Shown here piece by piece: positions 1 through 10,052 of a stretch of 64,000 nucleotides of DNA. The notes below the pieces were generated by a model. The model searched no databases. It was not told where the DNA came from and worked only from the letters and a program-made list of their open reading frames with translations. Source of the stretch: Eledone cirrhosa (lineage: Eukaryota); contig OZ024740.1 of assembly GCA_964016885.1 (NCBI GenBank), forward strand, positions 405,914,001-405,978,000. Reading direction: 5' to 3'. Within the stretch, counting starts at the first letter, position 1; each line of letters begins with the position of its first letter. Position numbers and translations under genes: made by a program.

Positions 1-1290
1 TCACCCTCTGACATAGATCTGACTCGTTTGGCTGCGGATCAGCCTCCCCTTGAGTCATTGGATGTTACATCGCTTGAGTTTGAGAATTGCGAGATGAAAT
101 ACTTGCCTCTGTCGACTGCAGTTGGCCAAATTCTCTGCGACGTCTCTTTGGACGTGCCTAGGCCCTTCGTTCCAGAGAATCATCGTCGGACCGTGTTTCT
201 GGCATTACATAGTTTCTCACATCCAGGATCTTCTGCCACAGTAAAGCTCATATCAGCTAGATTTTTCTGGCCAAATATGAGGCGTGAAATTGCTGCTTGG
301 TGCCGTTCCTGCGTCGCTTGCCAGAAATCAAAGGTCCATCGACACGTCAAGGCTCCCCTGGGTACCTTTACTAACCCAGATGCGCGTTTTCGCACATTCA
401 CATTGATATAGTGGGACCTTGGCCTGTCAGCGACGGTTATTCTTATCTGCTGACTATAGTTGATCGTTTTTCGAGATGGCATGAACCCATCCCCTTGAAA
501 AACATCACCGCTGAGACAACAGCGCGTGCTCTTGTGTCTGGATGGATCTCTCGTTATGGAGTTCCATCCACAATAACTACCGACCGTGGACGACAGTTCG
601 AGTCGAACCTTTTCCTCGAACTGTCAAAATTAATTGGTGCTAAACCAATCAGAACTACGGCGTACCATCCCTCTTCGAATGGTATGGTGGAGCGTTTTCA
701 CCGACAACTGAAGGCCTCCTTAATGGCCTCAATGGACTCCCTATTGTGCTATTAGGGATTCGGTCAACGGTGAAGGTCGACTTTGGATTTTCACCGGCCG
801 AAGTACTGTACGGTGCCCCTCTGACGATGCCCAAGATCACGCTTCCTACGTGTCCCGTTTGCGCTCCTATTTCCAGGATTTGCCGCCAATGGACACTAGG
901 AAACAAACTGTCAAGACTGCTGTCCCGAGGGATGTTGCCTCGTGGACGCATGTCTTTGTAAGGAAAGATTCTGTGAAGCCCCCGCTCACACAGCCTTACA
1001 CTGGACCTTACCGTGTCTTAGCGCGCTCGGCTAAGCATTTCACTCTAGATATTAAAGGGTCCAGGGAGACAGTTACAATAGACAGGCTTAATCAGGCACA
1101 TCTGGACACGGACGCTGTGGTTCCTGATCCACGAACCCCTTCGTATTTGCTTGTTGAGCGAACGCCTGTTCCTGAACCACCATCATCGCCTGTCCCTACA
1201 CCACCACCATCGCCACGTTACAAGACCACGACCCGTTCAGGTCGTAGGGTCCACTGGCCTAAAACATTTTGCAGCACCGTCTATATTTAG
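1..1290 (+). pseudogene. Ty3/Gypsy pol C-terminal part (integrase), frameshifted
   Basis: Zn-binding HHCC region (LHSFSHPG...WPNM...CRSCVACQ), rve core (HIDIVGP...[11 protein letters not shown]...[11 protein letters not shown]...[23 protein letters not shown]), GPY/F module (PLTQPYTGPYRVL) and a TTTRSGRRV tail. The coding sequence is split over the ORFs 28-411, 411-755, 746-961 and 850-1290 by frameshifts near 390, 740 and 830. The 5' part lies outside the window. Confidence 0.95.
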
Positions 1291-1494
1291 ACTGTGTTAG
1301 CTGCACCTTTTTTTTGCTTCTGTGTTTCTGCTTTTTTTTGCCTTTTTTTTATGCATGCATGTTTTTTTAACATTTTTCAAATCCTTATTCTGGATTTAAC
1401 GATTGGTAGAGCGAATAGCTCCCCCTTGTTGCATTGTTCGCCATCTTACTCCACGTGTGAGTAATAACATCGATTTTCGATGATTTGAAAATCT

Positions 1495-1506
1495 GGCAGG
1501 GGATAC
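1495..1506 (+). promoter_or_regulatory. Polypurine tract (PPT) of the Gypsy element
   Basis: ggcaggggatac lies directly before TGTAGT, about 200 bp after the pol stop codon, the expected PPT position. Confidence 0.65.
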
Positions 1507-1828
1507 TGTAGTAAGACGCCTTACGCCCCCGTGTCGGATAATGGACCAGGCCTAGTTGTCTCCTCCTGGTTGAGAACACTATTTAAGTAAGCAGCAATAT
1601 TACTTTCTCAGACAAGCCACGGAGACAGCAAACAGCAGACGGCCTTTGTACCACGAAACATCAGACAGCCTTTGGACCACGAGATCACACAGATGTCAAT
1701 ACACTGAACTCCTATGCCGAAGCCACAAGGATAGTGTTGGCCGAGCACTGGTTCATAACAGATTTCACTTTACTGGTCCCGTCACATTGGTGACCCAGAC
1801 GTGGGCGTTACATTGGTGACCCACGACA
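1507..1828 (+). mobile_element. Putative 3' LTR of the Gypsy element (TG...CA)
   Basis: Starts TGTAGT right after the PPT, has a TATA-like tatttaa at 1580, and ends in ...ACA (candidates 1786, 1812 or 1828). AT-rich flank follows 1828. The 5' LTR is not in the window, so the boundary is unconfirmed. Confidence 0.6.
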
Positions 1829-2111
1829 ATTGTAATACGTTGCCTTCATTTCAACTGATCACGTCTATATTGGTATGTTGTTTCATTTGTAATATAACAA
1901 ACACATAATAGACAAAATAAACATCATCCTTATTTACATTGTTGAATATAACTCTCGTTGTGGTTATTATCTTGTCTACACACACACCCACTCACTTGTT
2001 ATAATTCTATGGAGTACCTATCCTCTCACTTACGAAAATGGTAAATAGACGAGGGACTTTGCCTCACGTCTATATTGATAAACTATCCAACAAGGATTCT
2101 TCATTACCATA

Positions 2112-5100
2112 GATGTATGTTTGTCACAGCCAGTGTTGAATGTATGTTTGTCACAGTCAGTATTGGATGTATGTTTGTCACAGCCAGTGTTGAATGTATG
2201 TTTGTCACAGCTAGTATTGGATGTATGTTTGTCACAGCCAGTATTGGATGTATGTTTGTCACAGCCAAGTATTGAATGTATGTTTGTCCCAGATGGTATT
2301 GGATGTATGTTTGTCACAGTCAGTATTGGATGTATGTTTGTTACAGCCAGTATTGGATGTAAGTTTGTCACAGTCAGTATTGGATATATGTTTGTCACAG
2401 TCTGTATCGGATGTATGTTTCTCACAGCCAGCATTAGATGTGTAACAGTCAGTATTGGATATATGTTTGTCACAGCCAGTATTGGATGTATATTTGTCAC
2501 AGCCAGTATTGGATGTGTCACAGTCAGTATTGGATGTATGTTTGTCACAGCTAGTGTTGGATATATGTTTGTCACAGCCAGTATTGGATGTATATTTGTC
2601 ACAGCCAGTATTGGATGTGTCACAGCTAGTATTGGATGTATGTTTGTCACAGTCAGTATTGGATGTATGTTTGTCACAGCCAGTATTGGATGTTTGTTTG
2701 TCACAGCTAGTATTGGATGTATGTTTCTCACAGTCAATATTGGATGCATGTTTGTCACATCCAGTATTGGATGTATATTTGTCACAGCCCGTATTAGATG
2801 TATGTTTGTAACAGTCAGTATTGGATATATGTTTGTCACAGCCAGTATTGGATGTATATTTGTCACAGCCAGTATTGGATGTGTCACATCCAGTATTGGA
2901 TGTATATTTGTCACAGCCCGTATTAGATGTATGTTTGTAACAGTCAGTATTGGATATATGTTTGTCACAGCCAGTATTGGATGTATATTTGTCACAGCCA
3001 GTATTGGATGTGTCACATCCAGTATTGGATGTATATTTGTCACAGCCCATATTAGATGTATGTTTGTCACAGCCAGTATTGGATGTATGTTTGTCACAGT
3101 CAGTATTGGATGTATATTTGTCACAGCCAGTATTGGATGTGTCACATCCAGTATTGGATGTATATTTGTCACAGCCCGTATTAGATGTATGTTTGTCACA
3201 GCCAGTATTGGATGTATATTTGTCACAGCCAGTATTGGATGTATGTTTGTCACAGCCAGTATTGGATGTATGTTTGTCACAGCCAGTATTGAATGTATGT
3301 TTGTCACAGCCAGTTTTGGATGTATGTTTGTCACAGCCAGTATTGAATGTATGTTTGTTACAGCTAGTATTGGATATATGTTTGTCACAGTCAGTATTGG
3401 ATGTGTCACAGTCAGTATTGGATGTATGTTTGTCACAGCCAGTATTGGATGTGTCACAGCTAGTATTGGATGTATGTTTGTCACAGTCAGTATTGGATGC
3501 ATGTTTGTCACAGTTAGTATTGGATGTATGTTTGTCACAGCCTGTATTGGATGTGTCACAGCTAGTATGGGTTGTATGTTTGTCACTGACAGTATTGGAT
3601 ATATGTTTGTCACAGTCAGTATTGGATGTATGTTTGTCACAGCCTGTATTGGATGTGTCACAGCTAGTATTGGGTGTATGTTTGTCACTGCCAGTATTGG
3701 ATATATGTTTGTCACAGTCAGTATTGGATGTATATTTGTCACAGCCAGTATTGAATGTATGTTTGTCACAGCAAGTATTGGATGTGTCACAGTCAGTATT
3801 GGATGTGTCACAGTCAGTATTGTATGTATGTTTGTCACAGCAAGTATTGGATGTATGTTTGTCACAGTAAGTATTGGATGTATATTTGTCACAGCCCGTA
3901 TTAGATGTATGTTTGTAACAGTCAGTATTGGATATATGTTTGTCACAGCCAGTATTGGATGTATATTTGTCACAGCCAGTATTGGATGTGTCACATCCAG
4001 TATTGGATGTATATTTGTCACAGCCCATATTAGATGTATGTTTGTCACAGCCAGTATTGGATGTATGTTTATCACAGCCAGTATTGGATGTATGTTTGTC
4101 ACAGCCAGTATTGGATGTATGTTTGTCACAGCCAGTATTGAATGTATGTTTGTCACAGCCAGTATTGTATGTATGTTTGTCACAGCAAGTATTGGATGTA
4201 TGTTTGTCACAGTAAGTATTGGATGTATGTTTGTCACAGCCAGTATTAGATGTATATTTGTCACAGCCAGTATTGGATGTGTCACATCCAGTATTGGATG
4301 TATATTTGTCACAGCCCGTATTAGATGTATGTTTGTAACAGTCAGTATTGGATATATGTTTGTCACAGCCAGTATTGGATGTATATTTGTCACAGCCAGT
4401 ATTGGATGTGTCACATCCAGTATTGGATGCATATTTGTCACAGCCCGTATTAGATGTATGTTTGTCACAGCCAGTATTGGATGTATGTTTGTCACAGCCA
4501 GTATTGGATGTGTTACAGCCAGTATTGGATGTGTCACAGTCAGTATTGGATGTATGTTTGTCACAGCCAGTATTGGATGTATGTTTGTCACAGCCAGTAT
4601 TGGATGTATGTTTGTCACAGCCAGTATTGAATGTATGTTTGTCACAGCCAGTATTGGATGTATGTTTGTCACAGCCAGTATTGAATGTATGTTTGTTACA
4701 GCTAGTATTGGATATATGTTTGTCACAGTCAGTATTGGATGTATGTTTGTCACAGCCAGTATTGGATGTGTCACAGCTAGTATTGGATGTATGTTTGTCA
4801 CAGTCAGTATTGGATGCATGTTTGTCACAGTTAGTATTGGATGTATGTTTGTCACAGCCTGTATTGGATGTGTCACAGCTAGTATGGGGTGTATGTTTGT
4901 CACTGCCAGTATTGGATATATGTTTGTCACACTCAGTATTGGATGTATGTTTGTCACAGCCTGTATTGGATGTGTCACAGCTAGTATGGGGTGTATGTTT
5001 GTCACTGCCAGTATTGGATGCATGTTTGTCACAGTTAGTATTGGATGTATGTTTGTCACAGCCTGTATTGGATGTGTCACAGCTAGTATGGGGTGTATGT

Positions 5101-5573
5101 TTGTCACTGCCAGTATTGGATATATGTTTGTCACAGTCAGTATTAGATGTATGTTTGTCACAGTCAGTATTGGATATATGTTTGTCACAGTCAGTATTGG
5201 ATGTATGTTTGTCACAGTTTGTATCGGATGTATGTTTCTCACAGCCAGCATTAGATGTGTAACAGTCAGTATTGGATATATGTTTGTCACAACCAGTATT
5301 GGATGTATGTTTGTCACAGCCAGTATTGGATGCATGTTTGTCACAGCCAGTATTAGATGTATGTTTGTCACAGCCAGTATTGGATATATGTTTGTCACAG
5401 CCAGTATTGGATGTATGTTTGTCACAACCAGTATTGGATGTATGTTTGTCACAGCCAGTATTAGATGTATGTTTGTCACAGCCAGTATTGGATATATGTT
5501 TGTCACAACCAGTATTGGATGTATGTTTGTCACAGCCAGTATTGGATGTATGTTTGTCACAGCCAGTACTGGC
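2112..5573. repeat. Minisatellite, 27-bp unit ggatgtatgtttgtcacagccagtatt with interspersed 21-bp variant ggatgtgtcacagccagtatt
   Basis: Directly visible tandem array of ~3.46 kb (roughly 130-140 units). Variant blocks recur, e.g. gtatcggatgtatgtttctcacagccagcattag at ~2404 and ~5221. Confidence 0.98.
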
Positions 5574-5949
5574 CACTAGTTTAATAATTTTATTAATTGA
5601 TAACTTGCTTCGAAATTATTGCGATAACATAGGAAAACAACTAAGAGCCACAAGAAAACTGTGTATTATGTTTGTTATCGTTTTGTGTGATTGCTTGTAA
5701 TAGTAGTGTTAAAAGTTGTATGTAACTAACCTTTGTTGATATCAAACAGAAGAATTACTGTCTTAACTCAATGACCAAATGGTCAGGAACCAACGGATTG
5801 GAGCGAGTGTGTTAAAAAATATATTGTTCTGTGTGTTTCGTGAGATGACTATGAGGATGCTGTTAACCTAATAAGCAGATGGCCTTTAGAAAACCATTCC
5901 TCTTGACAATTTTGAAACATGAGTCTCAAAACAAAGGAAGTAAATATTT

Positions 5950-6862
5950 TCTTCTTCTTCACCCACTTATTCCTGAGAGGGTCGTGGGGGCATAGTCCTC
6001 AAACACTCCTTTCAGCAGGTCCTCTCAGAAGCAACATCTACAACTAATCCAGCTGGATCCCCAAGCGAGACCAGCTAAGCTCATGGATGTTATCTCACCA
6101 TTGTGCTCGGTGTCTACCTCTGATTCTTCTGCTGGTTTGTTTTACCCCTAAAATCTGTCTAGTGATTCTTTCCCAAGGCATTCTAACCACATGCCCATAG
6201 TATCAAAGCTGTGATCTCTCAATTTGGAAAAGTAGCGGCTCTATCTGGAGTGACTCTAATCTCCAAGCTACATACTCTATTGAGTAATGTTACTCCAAAG
6301 ACCCTTCAAAGGAACCCCATTTTGGTCACTTGTATTCGTGTTCGTTTGCAAGCAGGGAAAAGCGGACGTAAAAATGATGATGATGATGATGATTCTATCA
6401 GTCATTATCCAAGATTGATGACCATAGGTTAGGATTGGCATGAATAACAAATTGAAGATAGCAAGTTTTACTTTTACGCCTTCCCCCTTCTGATTACTGA
6501 ATGCTCAAGCTGGTGCATTACTGCACCAGTCCTGCAATTCATGTACTTAATTCAGACTCTCCTGCCTTCCACCACTTGTGAACATGACCATGAGATACTT
6601 GAACTTCTCTACCTGCTTCAGTGGAATTCCATTCACATGTAGAGTGCACTATGAAGGCTTCCTTGACAGAATGAATGTTTCAGTCTTCACAGCAGTGATT
6701 TTCATTCCAGCCATGCAGCACTCAGCATCAAACCTATCAAGTGCAACTTGGAAACCTTCTGTCGAGTTAAGTAACACCATGTCATCTGCAAATTCCATCC
6801 AACTGATTATACATTTGCCAGTCATGATACCACTTGCTCCTTCAAATGCCCAGATGGTACTA
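5950..6862 (-). mobile_element. 5'-truncated, degenerate RTE-clade LINE (RT C-terminus and 3' tail)
   Basis: The minus strand translates to EFADDMVLL...KQVEKFKYL...SRIQVTKMGFL*RVFGVTLLNRV...IERSQL*YYGHVVRMPWERITRQIL. It has internal stops and an (AAG)n tail at ~5950. Confidence 0.88.
6341..6391 (+). mobile_element. ~50-bp SINE/LINE 3'-tail fragment inserted in the RTE LINE
   Basis: caagcagggaaaagcggacgtaaaaatgatgatgat matches the tail seen at 7910-7945, 9870-9913 and 14635-14670. Removing it rejoins the LINE reading frame (…ESRIQVTK…). Confidence 0.75.
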
Positions 6863-7375
6863 TAGAAATAGTCCTTCTGTTACCTGGGTGATGAAATCAG
6901 CAGTGGAGAAGGGTGTTCTGAAAGTACAGTAGCCAGAGTAAGAATGGGATGGAGAAAGTTCAGAGAGCTACTACCACTATGAGCTACAAAAGGTTTTTTT
7001 CCTTAAAATGAAGGGCAGATTGTATGATGCATGATACGAACAGAAATGTTACATGGTAGTGAGACCTAGACATTGTGTGCAGAGGACCTACAAAGACTGC
7101 AAAGAAATGAAGCATGCATGCTCCAATGGATGTTTAATTGTAATATACATAAACGGCAAAATGTAAATGAACCAAGAGAAATTAGGTATATGAGGGACCA
7201 GATGCAGTATGCTAGAGAGGAGGTTGCGCTGGTTTGGTCATGTGATGCTTATGAAGAATGACAGTTGTACAAAAAGGTGCAGGGTGGTCAAAATTGATGG
7301 AAGCCTTGGAGTAGGTAGACCCAGGAAGACCTGGGATGAGATGTGCAACTGAACCTTTCAAAGACAATGACATGG
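6863..7375 (+). mobile_element. Degenerate RTE-clade LINE fragment (second family)
   Basis: The plus strand translates to FCYLGDEISSGEGCSESTVARVRMGWRKFRELLPL...MLHGSET*TLCAEDLQRLQRNEACMLQWM..., followed by LRWFGHV-like and RPRKTW motifs. Stops and frameshifts are present. Confidence 0.85.
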
Positions 7376-7509
7376 AATCGAGATCTTTGGCATTACACAA
7401 TAATACAGAAGATATGCTTTCCCATGCACACAGACTCAAACATACACCTAGTAGGCACTTCTTAACCACTACAACCCAACCTACCCACTCCTGTTCGTAC
7501 CCCCCTCCC

Positions 7510-7795
7510 CCTACACTGTGAACAGAATATATCCAGCCTACACTGTAAGGTGGTCATGTAGGTGTCACGGCAAAAAGCACGCAGCCTACACTGTAAAGTG
7601 GTTGTGTAGGTGTCACAGCAAAAAGCACCCAGCCCCCACCTTAAAGTGGTCATGTAGGAGTCATGGCAAAAAGCACCCAGCACACACTGTAAAGTGGTTG
7701 TGTAGGTGTCACAGCAAAAAGCACCCAGCCCCCACCTTAAAGTGGTCATGTAGGAGTCATGGCAAAAAGCACCCAGCAAACACTGTAAATGTGGT
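7510..7795 (+). repeat. 48-bp tandem repeat (~6 units, alternating A/B 96-bp dimer) inside a SINE
   Basis: caaaaagcac recurs at 7571, 7619, 7667, 7715 and 7763. Confidence 0.9.
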
Positions 7796-7945
7796 TGGCA
7801 TTATGAAGGGCATCCAGCCATAGAAACCCAGTCAGAAGCAGCCCTATATAAGTAAGACACGGTCACCTGACCAAACTTACCTCAAATGGGACGACCTGTC
7901 TAACACATGCTAGTGTGGAAAATGGACATTAAATGATGATGATGA
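7765..7945 (+). mobile_element. SINE-like element with (GAT)n tail
   Basis: cacccagcaaacactgtaaatgtggttggcattatgaagggcatccagccatagaaacc...catgctagtgtggaaaatggacattaaatgatgatgat. Related copies occur elsewhere in the window. Confidence 0.75.
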
Positions 7946-7979
7946 TATATATGCATATATATGTGTGTGTGTGTGTGTG

Positions 7980-8152
7980 TATTTGAAAAAGGAAAAGAAT
8001 GACTTCACTTGTAGTTGGTATTCTAAACAATTTAATTTTATAATTTTACAATTTTGCTATGTAGATCTACATAACAAAATTGTAAAATTATAAAATTAAA
8101 ATGTTTAGAACACCAACTACAAGTGAAATCATTATTTTCCTTTTTTCAGATA
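7980..8152. repeat. ~170-bp near-perfect palindrome without a loop
   Basis: Centre gtaga|tctac at 8065/8066. Arms ttcacttgtagttggtattctaaaca...ttttataattttacaatttt pair with aaaattgtaaaattataaaa...tgtttagaacaccaactacaagtgaa. Confidence 0.92.
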
Positions 8153-8444
8153 TACCTAACTGTACGAAGAATTTCACACATTTTCCAATATATACAGGAG
8201 AGATAGAATAAGATGTAAATTGCATTAAACAACTGGTTTCTTTTTCAACAATTCCTGAAACAAAATGTTATATATTGGTCCAATTACAAAGAAAAAGAAG
8301 AAAATAGCAAACACAGAATATCATAATTTTTTTTATAAAGCGATATTTGTTTGGAAAATGTTCAAATAATGATGAAAGAGTAAATTGAATATAATATTGA
8401 CATCTTGGTGAAGGAGCTCGACATTTAAGGAGGTTTATTTTCTG

Positions 8445-8487
8445 TTAGTTATCCTCGCCTTCTGATTCTTCAATAAGTGTATATAAC
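8445..8487 (-). CDS. Candidate terminal coding exon of an unidentified host gene (…LYTLIEESEGEDN*)
   Basis: The minus strand reads gcCTAACtctagttttctttgctgcAG|GTTATATAC...: branch-point consensus, pyrimidine tract and CAG acceptor. A phase-2 frame ends at TAA, AATAAA follows shortly after, and the context is non-repeat. No homology check was possible. Confidence 0.35.
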
Positions 8488-8789
8488 CTGCAGCAAAGAA
8501 AACTAGAGTTAGGCATTGGTTAACAAATAGAAAAATGTTTTAAAAATCTGTTTATCAAGGGGAGATACTTTAATGGACACCTGGGGGCAGTGATTAGGTT
8601 TTTTTTCTCAATTTCTTTTTAGAAAGTTATAAGAAATGATAATATCAAAGCAAGAACTGTTAGGGTTATGGGAAAAATAGTGATGAAAATATTTCTGCAT
8701 TTTGATAAAGTCAGGTTAGTTATTTTACCAAGTAATAAATAGGAGCACAACTAACTATTTATTTACATTATTTTAGGTTCTAGCAAGGG

Positions 8790-9400
8790 ATTGGCAGTAT
8801 CATTAGAGCGTTGAACGTTTTGTGGCATATAGTTACATCCCTTTAAGTTCTGAGTTCAAATATTGCCGAGGTGAGCTTTACGTTTCATCCTTACGGGGTC
8901 AGTAAAATAAAGTACCAGTAATATACTGGAATTGATTTAATCGACTTTCTCCTCTCCAAATATTATTGGCCTTGTGCCTAAATTAGAAACCATTATTTTA
9001 CATTCTGAGAGGTCAAATTTTCCTTTCATCCTTCCAGGGTCAATAAAATCAAGTTCCAGTAAAGTAATAGGGATTAGTATAATCAACTTTCCCCTTCCCC
9101 CTCAAAAAATTGTTGACTATGTGTCTAATTTAAAAATTTATTTTCCTTTTATCAGATGAAATGCAGTGCAATATTCTGAGTTCAAATCCTGCTGAGGTCA
9201 ACTTTGCCTTTCATCCTTCTGAGATCAATAAATGAAAGTACCAGTCAATTACTTGAGGTGATACAAAATTGCACCTGGATTAGAAGTCATTATTTATCGT
9301 CGAGGTTAACTTTGTCTTTCATCCTTACCGGGTCGATAAAATAATGTACCAGTAATGAACTGGGTAATTGCTGGCCTTGTGCCAAAAAGTAGAAACAATT
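8790..9400 (+). mobile_element. Cluster of ~4 same-orientation SINE copies sharing the core gaggtcaactttgcctttcatcc..ggggtc.ataaaataaagtaccagt
   Basis: The core recurs at ~8867, ~9009, ~9194 and ~9302. Most copies are followed by ggccttgtgcc/tagaaac-type ends, and B-box-like gagttcaaat occurs at ~8852 and ~9178. Confidence 0.8.
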
Positions 9401-9514
9401 ATTTATTTAGTCACAGCTGTTCCAGAGACAGATGAAATAAAGAGCTGTGGAGAGGAGATAAAAATGTTGTTTTTTTTTTAAAGACTAATGAAAATAGTAA
9501 CAAAATAAGTGGAT

Positions 9515-9913
9515 TTAGTGCTGGTGCCACAATAAGCAAAATAAGTGAGTTGGAAGGACTCTCCAGTTGTGTCAAAGACATGTCTACCTCTCTAGTGTAA
9601 GTGATATACATAATAAACATACCCAGTACACACTGTAAAGTGGTTGATGTTAGGAAGGGCATCAAGCTATAGAAAGCTTCTCCAAACAAAGAGTTGAGAG
9701 GACCCTCGAGTTGAGTCAGAAACATAACAACTTCTTTAGTGCTGGTGCCACAATAAAATGCACTTGGTAGAACATGGAACCATATATAAGCGAGGTGCGA
9801 ACTCCTAGCCTGTCTGGGAGATCAGTAGCTCCCCTTTAGTCTGTGAAGACCAACCCAACTTTTACTAGCAGGAAAAGTGAACGTTAAATGATGATGATGA
9901 TGTTAATGATGAT
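9515..9913 (+). mobile_element. SINE-like element(s) with (GAT)n tail
   Basis: ttagtgctggtgccacaataa occurs twice, followed by cccagtacacactgtaaagtggttgatgttaggaagggcatc and the tail agcaggaaaagtgaacgttaaatgatgatgat. Confidence 0.7.
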
Positions 9914-9994
9914 GAGTGCATGTTTTTGTTAATGGGCTGATTTATATTTTTAGATCAAAAGAACATATAAGTAAAGAATTTAAGAAATATAAAA

Positions 9995-10052
9995 ATCCCA
10001 CCAAGGTCAACTTTGCCTTTCCCCTTTCAGGATTGATAAAATAAAGTACCAT
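9995..10052 (+). mobile_element. SINE core fragment
   Basis: ccaaggtcaactttgccttt...gataaaataaagtacca, the same core as 8790-9400. Confidence 0.65.

Noticed and set aside
180-1579. Minus-strand ORFs 180-482, 655-951 and 1385-1579
   Set aside because: They are antisense shadows of the Gypsy pol and LTR with no recognisable motifs.
2030-5700. 1,100+ aa ORFs and (LDVCLSQPV)n ORFs as annotated genes
   Set aside because: They overlap on both strands, consist only of translated 27/21-bp units, and have no unique domain, signal peptide or splice context. Kept only as a hypothesis in the findings.
6211-6865. Plus-strand ORFs 6211-6432 and 6578-6865
   Set aside because: They are antisense to the RTE LINE remnant, and the poly-Asp run comes from the inserted (GAT)n tail.
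7336-7823. Cys/His-rich repetitive ORFs resembling zinc fingers
   Set aside because: They are translations of the 48-bp SINE-derived tandem repeat and lack true C2H2 spacing.
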